Assembly (NCBI GenBank): GCA_964402965.1
Contig: CAYODY010000003.1
Coordinates: forward strand, 9,846 to 73,845
DNA length: 64,000 bases
Source: an uncultured Candidatus Saccharibacteria bacterium
Lineage (GTDB): Bacteria; Patescibacteriota; Doudnabacteria; UBA920
Reading direction: 5' to 3'
Shown piece after piece: positions 1-9,513 of this stretch. Both the position numbers and the translations under genes were made by a program. The notes under the pieces are model-generated. The model was not told the DNA's origin and searched no databases. It saw only the letters and a program-made list of their open reading frames with translations. Within the stretch, counting starts at the first letter, position 1, and every line of letters starts with the position of its first letter.

Positions 1-534
1 CGCGCGTTGGTTCCATCAGGTGTTGCAGAACCAGTGTTAATAGCCGATATGGACGCTGTAAAAACTGCTTTTGTAATGGTTGAAAATAGTGAACTGCAGT
101 TTACATCTTCTGTGCCTGTTGCTGGCAATGTTTTTACAGAAAAGTTGGCAGCGATATTAAACGTAACACCTGAACAAGCAGAGAAAGTGAAACGAGATAT
201 TGGTCTAGAAAATACAGTTGACTATCCAAATTTAAAAACTGAATTAATGCCAGCAGTAAAAGATCTAGCAGCTGAGATCAAAAATATTTTGAAGTATCAC
301 TATGACAACTCTGAAACGCATATTGCGCATATTCTTCTAACAGGGGGAGGGGCAAAGTTAAAACATATTGGTGAAGTGTTGCCGACTTTATTAGACACCT
401 ATGCTCCAATCAGCGTGACGGTTGCTAATCCTTTAGAACACATTCCAAATTTAGATAATTCAACACTAACCCCGTATGAAGCTTTGAGCTTTACTACGGC
501 TATTGGTCTTGCAATGTGGGGGATGAGAGAATGA
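1..534 (+). CDS. pilM: Type IV pilus assembly protein PilM (5'-truncated by window edge)
   Basis: Actin-like/FtsA fold motifs (LIADM, ILLTGGGAKL, FTTAIGLA); first gene of a pilM-N-O-like overlapping cluster. Confidence 0.85.
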   Translation, partial: RALVPSGVAEPVLIADMDAVKTAFVMVENSELQFTSSVPVAGNVFTEKLAAILNVTPEQAEKVKRDIGLENTVDYPNLKTELMPAVKDLAAEIKNILKYHYDNSETHIAHILLTGGGAKLKHIGEVLPTLLDTYAPISVTVANPLEHIPNLDNSTLTPYEALSFTTAIGLAMWGMRE

Positions 535-1097
535 AACCAATAAATTTATTACCAAAAAATAAACAAATTGAAATTTCTCATGAGAAGACTTTTTATAGTG
601 TTTCTGTCGCTGTAGTTATTAGTACGTTAATCATTTTTATTGGGGTTGCTGTACAGTTTGGTGTTTTGGCATATCTGAACAATGAGATCAGCTCGGTTAA
701 TGCAGAGATTGAACAATTAAAAAAAGCAGTAAATAAGAGCGAAAACGCTGCTGTGAAAATGCAAATTAAAACAGCTAATGCGCAAATTTTTGACTTCTTA
801 ACTTTAGATGCAGGAACACCTCATTGGTCGACAGTAATGGCCGCGTTTGTAACGCATGTCCCAGATAACGTAAGGATTACTCAGTTTGAGGGTAAAACTT
901 CTACTGGAGAAATTACTATTACAGGATTTAGCCCAACTCGCGATTTAGTTATAGATTTATATAACAACATAAATTCAGATAAAGAACATTTCAAAGATAT
1001 AAACTATCCATTAGAGAACGTTACTCAGCCTACTAACGTGCGGTTTAACTTCCAATTTTTTGTAGCAGATAAAGTGCTAGTAAAGGATGTAAAATGA
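531..1097 (+). CDS. pilN: PilN-like fimbrial assembly protein
   Basis: N-terminal INLLP motif, one TM helix, coiled coil; ATGA overlap with pilM stop. Confidence 0.8.
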   Translation: MKPINLLPKNKQIEISHEKTFYSVSVAVVISTLIIFIGVAVQFGVLAYLNNEISSVNAEIEQLKKAVNKSENAAVKMQIKTANAQIFDFLTLDAGTPHWSTVMAAFVTHVPDNVRITQFEGKTSTGEITITGFSPTRDLVIDLYNNINSDKEHFKDINYPLENVTQPTNVRFNFQFFVADKVLVKDVK

Positions 1098-1666
1098 CAA
1101 AAATTTCCAGCAAAATGAAAACAATTGTAGTTCTAGTAGGATTTTTAATCTTTGCAATTTTAATGTTCCTTTTTGGGTATGCAATTATTGGAGACAGAAA
1201 TCGAGCGTTGGCAGACACTATTGCGCAACAACGCGTTCAGCTTGAATCTTTGCAACGTGAACAAAAGAGTTTTGAACAAGGAAAGAAAGATTTAGCAGAA
1301 TTACAAAAATCAATATATCCACCAGATGACCTATTTAGTAGAGATACAAAATTAGTTAAGGAAATACAAGGACTAGAAGACTTGGCATTGAAATATAATT
1401 TAGAATTAAGCATTACACTTTCTGGCAATATTAAAACAGCAACGAAAGCTACTGGAGTTACTGGTGAGTTATATGTAATTCCTTATTCTATGAATTTAAC
1501 CGGAGATCCAGCTAACGTAATGGAATTTATTCAAATGACCGAACACTTAACGTTCATTACTAGAATCCAAAATGTTTCTATCAGCGCAGTAGCAGGCACA
1601 GGATCTGGTGGGTCTAAAGATGGCGTGCGAGCTGTACTTTCTTCAGAATTTTACATAAAAAAATGA
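1094..1666 (+). CDS. pilO: PilO-like fimbrial assembly protein
   Basis: TM + coiled coil + ferredoxin-like C-terminal domain; follows pilN with ATGA overlap. Confidence 0.7.
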   Translation: MTKISSKMKTIVVLVGFLIFAILMFLFGYAIIGDRNRALADTIAQQRVQLESLQREQKSFEQGKKDLAELQKSIYPPDDLFSRDTKLVKEIQGLEDLALKYNLELSITLSGNIKTATKATGVTGELYVIPYSMNLTGDPANVMEFIQMTEHLTFITRIQNVSISAVAGTGSGGSKDGVRAVLSSEFYIKK

Positions 1667-1983
1667 AACTCAAATTTAAAATAGACTTTAAGAATTTAAC
1701 TTTACTAAAAATATTTAAAAAGCATTATAGCATTTTGCTTTGGCTATTTTTATTAGTCTTTGTTGTACTAGTTGGATTCGTAATATTGGGTGAATACAAA
1801 AAACTGTTGCAATCAAAGGCAACTGTGAACGATAGTGATCTGAAAATTGTACGCGTGGATTTGGCTAAGCATAAAGAGATAGAAACCAAGTTAAATGCTA
1901 GTTCTTCTTTTCAACCTCAAGCGGTACCAAAAGCTTTTGTGTTTGGAGTTGAGCCTACTAAGTCTTCTGCAAAAACCCCTTAA
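1663..1983 (+). CDS. Single-TM hypothetical protein in PilP position
   Basis: One TM helix; ATGA overlap with pilO. Confidence 0.6.
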   Translation: MKLKFKIDFKNLTLLKIFKKHYSILLWLFLLVFVVLVGFVILGEYKKLLQSKATVNDSDLKIVRVDLAKHKEIETKLNASSSFQPQAVPKAFVFGVEPTKSSAKTP

Positions 1984-2076
1984 TGCACTCTTTTTGCGTT
2001 AAATAAGCCATAATCAGGGATTGATTTTTTGTTGTTAATTTGTTATAATTTTCTTTGTATTAAGTATATATATTTT

Positions 2077-2152
2077 GGATCGGTAGCTCAGTCGGTAGAG
2101 CAGTTGACTCTTAATCAATTGGTCGTGGGTTCGAATCCCACCCGGTCCACCA
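2077..2152 (+). tRNA. tRNA-Lys(CTT)
   Basis: Acceptor GGATCGG/CCGGTCC, anticodon arm GTTGA-CTCTTAA-TCAAT, GTTCGAATC T-loop, encoded CCA. Confidence 0.97.
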
Positions 2153-2167
2153 AGCTAGATTTTAAAA

Positions 2168-2189
2168 AAAACACCCTTGCGGGTGTTTT
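2168..2189. terminator. Bidirectional intrinsic terminator
   Basis: AAAACACCC-TTGC-GGGTGTTTT between convergent tRNA and CDS. Confidence 0.8.
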
Positions 2190-2212
2190 ATATTTCCACG
2201 TAACTTAATTCA

Positions 2213-2887
2213 CTAAACTATTTTTTTAATATAGTAATCGTTGGCAAATTTAAGTTGTTCGGGTGTGCCAACCGGTAACCAATGTGTTGCTGGGACAACC
2301 ATAACTTTTTGATCTTCTGCCATTTGCACGAGAGTATGGGGGAGGCTGTATTCTGTTTTGTCGTGCACAGTTACTTCCGCCATTTTTTCATTAAAAAACT
2401 CTTTTGTTAAATGGTATGCACCGCAACAAAGTAGAGGAGAGCTACTTTTGAAACTCAATAGACGTTTTTCTGAATCTGTTTCCAATCCAAATTCGTAAGG
2501 CTTAGTGCTTTCCCAGGCAAGAATTGAAAGCGGGGAGTCTAGGAGTTTAGTAAGATCGTTTTTGTTGTACAGGTCATCACCATTCACAACTAGGAAATTT
2601 TGATCCACAACACTTTTGGCTTGTAGAATTGCATCACCTGTGCCAAGTAAAACTTTCTGCTCAACATATTGAATAGGTTTGCCGTTCCAAGAATTCCCAA
2701 GGTGCTCTCGAATTTGCTCACCTAAATATCCAATAACAATAATTATTTCTGTTGTGTTGTCTGGAAGAGATTCCAGTGTGTACTCAATTAAAGGCTTGTT
2801 CGCAATGGGAATTAACGGCTTAGGGTGATTCTCTGTGAACGGACGAAGTCGCAGGCCTTTACCTGCGGCAAGAATAACTGCTTGCAT
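2213..2887 (-). CDS. Sugar-phosphate nucleotidyltransferase (GlmU/GCD1-like N-terminal domain)
   Basis: AVILAAGKGLRLRP..PKPL motif, LGTG, VNGDD. Confidence 0.9.
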   Translation of the reverse strand: MQAVILAAGKGLRLRPFTENHPKPLIPIANKPLIEYTLESLPDNTTEIIIVIGYLGEQIREHLGNSWNGKPIQYVEQKVLLGTGDAILQAKSVVDQNFLVVNGDDLYNKNDLTKLLDSPLSILAWESTKPYEFGLETDSEKRLLSFKSSSPLLCCGAYHLTKEFFNEKMAEVTVHDKTEYSLPHTLVQMAEDQKVMVVPATHWLPVGTPEQLKFANDYYIKKIV

Positions 2888-2936
2888 GATAGTATTTTTA
2901 AGGTAAAAAGAATGTTATTGGCTTAAAAGAATGATA

Positions 2937-2965
2937 TTGACTTGAGTAAGTTTAGCGAGTAGAAT
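2937..2965 (+). promoter_or_regulatory. Sigma70-type promoter
   Basis: TTGACT-17 nt-TAGAAT; GGAGG SD upstream of ATG 3012. Confidence 0.7.
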
Positions 2966-3011
2966 ATGGAGATCGTGTAAAAGTAGTTAGTTGAAGTATA
3001 GGGAGGTAAGA

Positions 3012-3269
3012 ATGATAGTAGACTATAGCAGTGCCGAATCGGTTAAACAGAACGATGGCCAGCGCGCTGATCAGAAGGAAGGTAACAATCGTTTATTTAG
3101 GTTTCTGTTCTCCTTCGTGATGATTTTTGCCTTTATCGTTTGGATGCTACAAGTAAGTGATGGCTTCGTTTCGAAAGAAGAACGAGACCGGCGGCTTGGC
3201 AGGAAACGCTTAATTTGGTTCCTGTGTGCTTTTGTTCTAATTTTTGCATTCGCCGTTTGGCTGAGGTAA
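3012..3269 (+). CDS. Small two-TM membrane protein with internal duplication
   Basis: SD GGGAGG before ATG 3012; repeated segments RLFRFLFSFVMIFAFIVW / RLIWFLCAFVLIFAFAVW. Confidence 0.7.
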   Translation: MIVDYSSAESVKQNDGQRADQKEGNNRLFRFLFSFVMIFAFIVWMLQVSDGFVSKEERDRRLGRKRLIWFLCAFVLIFAFAVWLR

Positions 3270-3327
3270 ACGTAAGTTATATATAGGTTGTTGGATTTTC
3301 CAACGACCTTATTTTTTTTAAAATTTC

Positions 3328-3404
3328 TGGTGCACCCGGCAGGACTTGAACCTACAACCTCCCGGTTCGAAGCCGGACGCTCTATCCAGTTGAGCTACGG
3401 GTGC
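3328..3404 (-). tRNA. tRNA-Arg(TCG)
   Basis: Reverse complement GCACCCG...TCCGG-CTTCGAA-CCGGG...GTTCAAGTC...CGGGTGC-ACCA. Confidence 0.95.
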
Positions 3405-3504
3405 CAATTATGTACTGCTCAATTTTACTTGAAAATACAAATAATTGCAATGCCTAAAGGGGAGGGCTGACTGCTTCTGTCTACCGTGTTATACTCAAAA
3501 AGCT

Positions 3505-4443
3505 ATGATAACTTTACTTCTAGGTACCGATGGCTTAGCCAAAAAACAACATATTTTCGAAGCAATAAAAAAAGCTGGGGCTGAAATAGAATCATATAAC
3601 GAAGGTAGTACTTTGCCACCCTTGGGAACTCTATTTGAACAGCAACTTTTTGGCGCGCCTAAAGTTGTAGTATTCGATGAAGTCAAAGCGTTGGATTTAG
3701 AAGATGTATTAGAAAAATTGGGAGATAATAAAAATGCCCAATTGTATATTTTAGAACAGAGTTTGGACAAACGTAAAAAAGTTAATTTAGATTTCCTTAA
3801 AGATTCGCGAGTTAATGTTTTGGAGTTTTCAGCGCCAGTAGGAGTAAAAAATTCTGCGAATTGGATTTTGAAGTTTGCTAAGAATCGCGGTATAGAGATG
3901 GATACGCAAACTGCAACAGAGCTTGCCACCACGCTTTTAGTAGATGAAGAAGACAATTTACCTGTTGAGCGTGCTCAAAATGAGTTGGAAAAGTTAAAAG
4001 CTTATGCAGGCGGAGATGTAATTACAGCTGAAATGGTTCATTTACTTGTTGAACCAATTACAGGGGTAGATGTGTTCGCGCTTTTAAATGCTATTTCAGA
4101 AAAAAATAAATCAAAAGCTTTAAAATTACTCAATGAAATTTTCTCCTTAGAGTCAGGAGATGAAAAGGGGAATGCCATAAAAATTGTTGCATTGTTAGCA
4201 GATCAGTTTAGAAGTTTGTTAATGGTTCAAGACTCGTTGGCCCGCAAATTTTCTGATGAACAAATTATGGAGTTAACTGGATGGAAGACAGGTAGACTAT
4301 TCATTATGAAAAAGTTGGCTCGCAACTTTACTCCTGCTCAAGCTAAATCTGCTTTGTCTAAATTAACAAGTTTGGACAAAGAATTAAAGAGTAGTACGCT
4401 TCCATCCAAAGTTGTTTTGAGTTTAATTGTTGCGGGTTTGTAA
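3505..4443 (+). CDS. holA: DNA polymerase III delta subunit
   Basis: MITLLLGTD start, QLFG..KVVV, NELEKL, VFALLNAI and C-terminal DKELKS pattern of HolA. Confidence 0.85.
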   Translation: MITLLLGTDGLAKKQHIFEAIKKAGAEIESYNEGSTLPPLGTLFEQQLFGAPKVVVFDEVKALDLEDVLEKLGDNKNAQLYILEQSLDKRKKVNLDFLKDSRVNVLEFSAPVGVKNSANWILKFAKNRGIEMDTQTATELATTLLVDEEDNLPVERAQNELEKLKAYAGGDVITAEMVHLLVEPITGVDVFALLNAISEKNKSKALKLLNEIFSLESGDEKGNAIKIVALLADQFRSLLMVQDSLARKFSDEQIMELTGWKTGRLFIMKKLARNFTPAQAKSALSKLTSLDKELKSSTLPSKVVLSLIVAGL

Positions 4444-4550
4444 TGCGTCTGTAAAATTTCTAAAAATTTTAAAATAGAACTTGATTTGCGCTTTTACTAA
4501 AAGTGTGCTATAATACATATACGTTAACAATTAAACGAAACAAAAACAAA

Positions 4551-5240
4551 ATGTCTAAAGGTATAAAGTTTTTAGCGATCGCGCTATGTTTAGGGGTAAT
4601 GGCTCCTTCAATGGCCTTTGCATCGGATAGTAGTTCAACAACAGAAACAACCACTACAAGTGCAGCTACTTGTAGAGAAGCAGTTAAATCTGCACGAACA
4701 ACTTTTCGTGATGCAATAAAGGCAAACGAAAAAACTTTTAAAGATTCAATCAAAGCAGCGGAAGTTGCTATGAAGGCATCTATTAAATCTGGTACAGATA
4801 AAGAAACAGCGCGTGCAACTTTTAAGACTGCTAAAGATGCAGCTCTAGCTGTTCGTAAGGCGGCAGATAAAACTGCGTTAGAAGCAAGAGATGCAGCGTT
4901 AGCTGCAGCAGGCGATTGTCGTAAAGACAAGCATAAAGATAGAAATTTAAAAAAGCAAAAAGCTTTAGAGTTCAAAACTTGTATAAAAGCAAGTAATGAA
5001 TCTGCAAAGAAAGCAGAAAAAGATGCACAAGCATACTTTGAAGCATTAAAGAAAACGAAACCTTCGAAAGAAGTGTTAATGGCAGCAAAAGAAGCATTAA
5101 AATTGGCTAAAAAAGCTGCTCACGATTCAGAGCGTACAGCTAAGTTAGCTTGTAAGGATGCTTTCAAGAGTGAAGATTCCTCAACAAGCAACGAAACTGA
5201 AACCGAAACTGAGACAGAGCATGGTGCAAACCATTCTTAA
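4551..5240 (+). CDS. Secreted Ala/Lys-rich helical protein
   Basis: Signal peptide ending AFA; four Cys in the mature part; sigma70-like promoter upstream and terminator downstream. Confidence 0.75.
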   Translation: MSKGIKFLAIALCLGVMAPSMAFASDSSSTTETTTTSAATCREAVKSARTTFRDAIKANEKTFKDSIKAAEVAMKASIKSGTDKETARATFKTAKDAALAVRKAADKTALEARDAALAAAGDCRKDKHKDRNLKKQKALEFKTCIKASNESAKKAEKDAQAYFEALKKTKPSKEVLMAAKEALKLAKKAAHDSERTAKLACKDAFKSEDSSTSNETETETETEHGANHS

Positions 5241-5308
5241 AACTAGTCTGAGTAAACATATTATAAACCAAAAATAAAAACTTAAACTTAACTCAAATAG
5301 TTTAAAAT

Positions 5309-5334
5309 AAAGCCGTCCTTGCAGGGCGGCTTTT
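5309..5334 (+). terminator. Intrinsic terminator
   Basis: AAAGCCGTCCT-TGC-AGGGCGGCTTTT. Confidence 0.8.
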
Positions 5335-5446
5335 AAATTACTTTTTTAAATCCCTCTGTAATTGTCCGACTTGACTTTATGGGCAATATATAGTAGAATT
5401 TAGCACAGTATTTTGAATATACAAATTTCGGTATGGAGGATAGGAT

Positions 5447-5932
5447 ATGTTATTTGCGATGTTTCAGGAAGTCGTTCAGCAGGGTTCTGCGTTTGCAGTG
5501 TCTTCGGATGCAGTAATTTTCATTCTGATGACTTGCTGTATTGGCCTTGCTGTGCTCTCTCTCGTAGTGATTCTTAAGCTTCGTGCTTTCCATGCGAAAG
5601 AAAAGAAAGAACTGCTTAAGAAGCAAGGAGATTTTCATCGGGTCGTTAGAATAGTCACTGACCTTTACGACCAGTCTGGCTTTACAGAAGGTATAGAAGG
5701 CTCTGAAAAATTGGGTATTTGGGACATGTTAGTTCCAATCATCTACTATCTCGGTCGCTGTGAAGTAGGTCCCTCTGAACCTCAATTGCTTAGTGTGATT
5801 GAGCAATGTAATAACAATGTGGGGAAAATTTTTTCGACTTCTGTAGTAACGAAGAACATGCCAGTGTGGTCTAAGCGGAGGGGGACTTCCTTGGAACTGT
5901 TTGAAGGGTACTGTTTACAAACAGTGGCATGA
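5447..5932 (+). CDS. Hypothetical membrane-anchored protein (possibly frameshifted with the next ORF)
   Basis: TTGACT-17-TAGAAT promoter (5371-5399), GGAGG SD, one TM helix. Confidence 0.6.
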   Translation: MLFAMFQEVVQQGSAFAVSSDAVIFILMTCCIGLAVLSLVVILKLRAFHAKEKKELLKKQGDFHRVVRIVTDLYDQSGFTEGIEGSEKLGIWDMLVPIIYYLGRCEVGPSEPQLLSVIEQCNNNVGKIFSTSVVTKNMPVWSKRRGTSLELFEGYCLQTVA

Positions 5933-6362
5933 GCGCCTTACGAAGCGTCGGCAAGAGTACATTAACAAAACGTTCAAAGACTTTGAAGATGCCAATACTT
6001 TTGAGTCGTTGCAGGGTTACGAAGAGAAGCTGTCTTTGATTGAGACATGGTTGGTAGAACCTGCCTTTGATGCTTCTAGCTTAACTGTCGGCCGTGACCC
6101 CTTAACTAAGGAGAGCCTCCTACTTGAGGGGAAAGATATTCGTCGTCGTATTGCACAATACTACTTCGAAAGTCTCTTTGCTCAAAGTCTTCTGCATCCT
6201 GAACATGTTGACGGCGACCCTCTGTCTATGCAAAGTTGGAACACTCTCGTCGAGTACATTGAAGCGGCAGGCGGGTTTAAAGAAAGCGGCATTAACGAAA
6301 ACGACTATGCGTCGTTACTTTCCCAGCTTACTGAAACTTTGGATGTACGAAAGAGTAGATAG
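5901..6362 (+). CDS. Hypothetical protein (possible C-terminal half of the preceding gene)
   Basis: Overlaps the previous ORF in the +1 frame; only a TTG start; frame open from 5850. Confidence 0.5.
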   Translation: MKGTVYKQWHERLTKRRQEYINKTFKDFEDANTFESLQGYEEKLSLIETWLVEPAFDASSLTVGRDPLTKESLLLEGKDIRRRIAQYYFESLFAQSLLHPEHVDGDPLSMQSWNTLVEYIEAAGGFKESGINENDYASLLSQLTETLDVRKSR

Positions 6363-6392
6363 CTTTTTTTCTGCTCAATCAAACAAAAAACC

Positions 6393-6446
6393 AAAAAGCC
6401 TCGAGCTTGCCACATTAATTTGTTGGTAAGATCGAGGCTCTTTTTT
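6393..6446. terminator. Bidirectional hairpin/terminator
   Basis: AGCCTCGA...TCGAGGCT arms with A/T tails between convergent genes. Confidence 0.65.
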
Positions 6447-6466
6447 ATGTATAAACTTTTTATTTA

Positions 6467-8329
6467 TTAACTTTGCTTTGCTTTTTTGCGTTCGTTCAAA
6501 GTTAAATGTTTTTTGCGAATACGAATAGATTTTGGTGTAACCTCTACAAGTTCATCTGGTCCAATGTATTCTAGAGCGAAGTCCAATGTTACATCTTTTG
6601 GTGGGGTTAGAATAATGCTAGAGTCAGATCCAGATGCACGCATGTTGGTAAGCTTCTTACCTTTACACACGTTTACTTCCAAATCCATATCTAGGGAGTT
6701 GATTCCCACTACCATACCTTCGTACACTTCTGTTGCAGGACCAATAAACAAAGTACCGCGACCTTGAGCATTATTTAATCCGTAAGCTAGGGCTGAACCA
6801 GAATCTGAAGAAATAATTGAGCCATGTTCGTTACTACGTAAATCAATAGGGTGTACTGGCTTGTAGCTATCAAACAAGTTATTGATAATAGCAGTTCCTC
6901 GAGTACGGGTTAGAAGTAAGTTTTTCAAACCAATTAGACCGCGAGTTGGGATGATGTATTCAGCATGAATTTCTCCAGATGGGTTTGTATCCATGTGCTG
7001 TAGCTCACCACCACGCTTACCAGCTTCTTCAATAACAACACCTTGGTGTTCTGTTGGCACGTCGATTGTTAGAATTTCGTAAGGTTCTTTTTTAATTCCT
7101 TCTTCTTCAATGAAAATAACTTGAGGTTGTGAAACTTGCAACTCAAAACCTTCGCGACGCATAGTTTCAATTAAAATTCCTAAGTGAAGTTCTCCACGAC
7201 CGGAAACTAAGAATGCATCTCCGCTGTCTGTAGATTGTTCAACGCGCAATGCAACGTTTGTTTCCAATTCACGATCAAGGCGGTCTTTAATCTGACGACT
7301 TGTTAACAAAGTTCCTTCGCGACCAGCAAATGGGGAAGTGTTAACACCAAAAGTCATTTTAATAGTTGGTTGTTCAATTTCAACAGGTGGAATTTGAACA
7401 GGGTTTGCACTATCACAAAGTGTATCTCCAATTTGGATTGCATCAAAACCACCAATAGCAATAATATCTCCAGCTGATGCTTCTTCTACTTCAACTGGAA
7501 CCATACCTTCATACATTTGCATACTTGTTGCTTTTCCAGTTGTTTTTTGTCCGTAACGGGCAATTAGAGTAATGTTTTGTGCTTTTTTGATTGTCCCAGA
7601 GCTAATTTTTCCAATACCAATTTTACCTTTGTAGTTGTCGTAGCGTAGAGCCAAGATTAACATAGAGAAAGGTTCATCTAGTGCAACTGTCGGTGCAGGT
7701 ACATGATTCACAATTGCTTCAAAAACAGGAACAATGTTATGAGTTTCGTTTGGAAGTTCCATTCCTGATTCGTTCTTTGCTTTTACAGCATCTAGAACAG
7801 GTTGAAGTTCAGTATGTGCAACACCGTTTATTCCACTAGCGTAAAGAATAGGAAAGTCTAGTTGAGCATCAGTTGCATTCAAAGAAACAAACAAATCAAA
7901 AGTTTTATTTATAACTTCATCTACTTGAGCTTCTGGCTTATCTACTTTGTTGATTACAACAATAGCACGATGACCAAGCTCTAAAGCTTTTTTAAGAACG
8001 AACTTTGTTTGAGGCATTGGACCTTCTTTGGCGTCTACTAACAAAAGTACACCATCAGCCATTTTTAAAGTACGTTCAACTTCACCACCGAAGTCTGCGT
8101 GACCTGGTGTGTCTACGATGTTAATTTTAACGTCGTTGTAAATAACAGACGCATTTTTAGCAGTAATAGTAATACCACGTTCACGTTCAAGATCGCCAGA
8201 GTCCATAACCAAATCTGTACCGCCGTCTTTAACAGTGTGGGTTTGGCGGAGCATGGCGTCTACTAATGTAGTTTTGCCATGGTCAACGTGAGCTATAATG
8301 GCAACATTTCGAATATTTTCGCGTTTCAT
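6467..8329 (-). CDS. typA: Translational GTPase TypA/BipA
   Basis: IRNVAIIAHVDHGKTTLVD, ERERGITI, DTPGHADFGGEVER, NKVD, GRGELHL, NMRASGSD. Confidence 0.97.
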   Translation of the reverse strand: MKRENIRNVAIIAHVDHGKTTLVDAMLRQTHTVKDGGTDLVMDSGDLERERGITITAKNASVIYNDVKINIVDTPGHADFGGEVERTLKMADGVLLLVDAKEGPMPQTKFVLKKALELGHRAIVVINKVDKPEAQVDEVINKTFDLFVSLNATDAQLDFPILYASGINGVAHTELQPVLDAVKAKNESGMELPNETHNIVPVFEAIVNHVPAPTVALDEPFSMLILALRYDNYKGKIGIGKISSGTIKKAQNITLIARYGQKTTGKATSMQMYEGMVPVEVEEASAGDIIAIGGFDAIQIGDTLCDSANPVQIPPVEIEQPTIKMTFGVNTSPFAGREGTLLTSRQIKDRLDRELETNVALRVEQSTDSGDAFLVSGRGELHLGILIETMRREGFELQVSQPQVIFIEEEGIKKEPYEILTIDVPTEHQGVVIEEAGKRGGELQHMDTNPSGEIHAEYIIPTRGLIGLKNLLLTRTRGTAIINNLFDSYKPVHPIDLRSNEHGSIISSDSGSALAYGLNNAQGRGTLFIGPATEVYEGMVVGINSLDMDLEVNVCKGKKLTNMRASGSDSSIILTPPKDVTLDFALEYIGPDELVEVTPKSIRIRKKHLTLNERKKAKQS

Positions 8330-8480
8330 AGTTGTTTCTTTCCTAGTTTCTGTCCTAGATAGTTCATTAAAAAATAGCCCCTTCACTAGGCTAATATGGA
8401 AAAATTATACCAGTTATCTAAGAAAAATGCAAGGGATGACTTTTTTTGCTATACTAAATTCAGTATTAAATATAATCAGT

Positions 8481-9512
8481 ATGGCAATAAATAAACGTAT
8501 TCAAACAATCAGTTTCTTTGTTCTTTTGTTAGTATTTATCGTTTTAGTTTGTTTAATTTTCAAGCCGTTCGCTAACATTATTATGTTAGGGTTAATCTTG
8601 GCTATTTCAGTAAGCCCAGTTTACAAACGGATTCTATCAAAAGTGAATTCTCCAAATATTGCTAGTATTTTGACGGTGATTTTAATGCTATTAGTTATTG
8701 CTTTGCCAATTTGGTTTTTTGGACAAGTGATATTCAACGAAGTTGTGAATTTGTATAACGGCTATAGAAGTGGGGCGTTTGTAATCAATCAAAATCAGAT
8801 TATTGCAAACTTGCCTTCACAAGTACAAACAATTATTCAGAGTATTAGCCAAGACATTAACTCTTTTATAGGCAAATTGAGTTCAGAAGCATTTGCGTCT
8901 GTAACAGGGATCCTTTCTAATGTAGCGAGTTTCATTATTTCATTCTTCCTACTATTCTTTATAGTATTCTTTTTGCTACGTGATGGAGAAAAAATTAAAA
9001 AGGCTTTAATAGATATTTCTCCAATCTCTACAACTCATGAAGATAAACTCTTTGTTCGAATTATAGATGCTGTAAATGGTGTTATTAAAGGATCGTTCTT
9101 TATGGCAGTTATTCAAGGAATTGTTGCGACTATTGGTTTTTTCATTTTTGGTGTTTCCGAACCTTTCTTGTGGGGGGCATTTACAGTATTAGCAGCTTTG
9201 GTGCCAACAGTTGGAACTTCTATTGCTATTATTCCTGCGGTGATCTATTTATTAGTAACTGGTCAAACTCCTCAAGCGATTGGTTTAGCAATATGGGGTG
9301 CCTGCGCAGTTGGTTTAATAGACAATTTCATTGGTCCTCGTATATTAGGAAGCGCCGTACAACTTCATCCAATTCTAATTATGCTTTCAATCTTTGGTGG
9401 TATTGAGTTCTTTGGTGTACTAGGGTTTTTAATTGGTCCAATAATCATGGCAATATTCATTGCACTGATAGATATTTATAGATCAGACTTTAAAGAATAT
9501 TTAAATAATTAG
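8481..9512 (+). CDS. AI-2E family transporter
   Basis: Multi-TM; FFLLRDG, DNFIGPRILG, FGVLGFLIGP motifs. Confidence 0.9.
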   Translation: MAINKRIQTISFFVLLLVFIVLVCLIFKPFANIIMLGLILAISVSPVYKRILSKVNSPNIASILTVILMLLVIALPIWFFGQVIFNEVVNLYNGYRSGAFVINQNQIIANLPSQVQTIIQSISQDINSFIGKLSSEAFASVTGILSNVASFIISFFLLFFIVFFLLRDGEKIKKALIDISPISTTHEDKLFVRIIDAVNGVIKGSFFMAVIQGIVATIGFFIFGVSEPFLWGAFTVLAALVPTVGTSIAIIPAVIYLLVTGQTPQAIGLAIWGACAVGLIDNFIGPRILGSAVQLHPILIMLSIFGGIEFFGVLGFLIGPIIMAIFIALIDIYRSDFKEYLNN

Positions 9513-9513
9513 T

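Noticed and set aside
3288-3470. 60-aa ORF
   Set aside because: Antisense shadow of tRNA-Arg(TCG).
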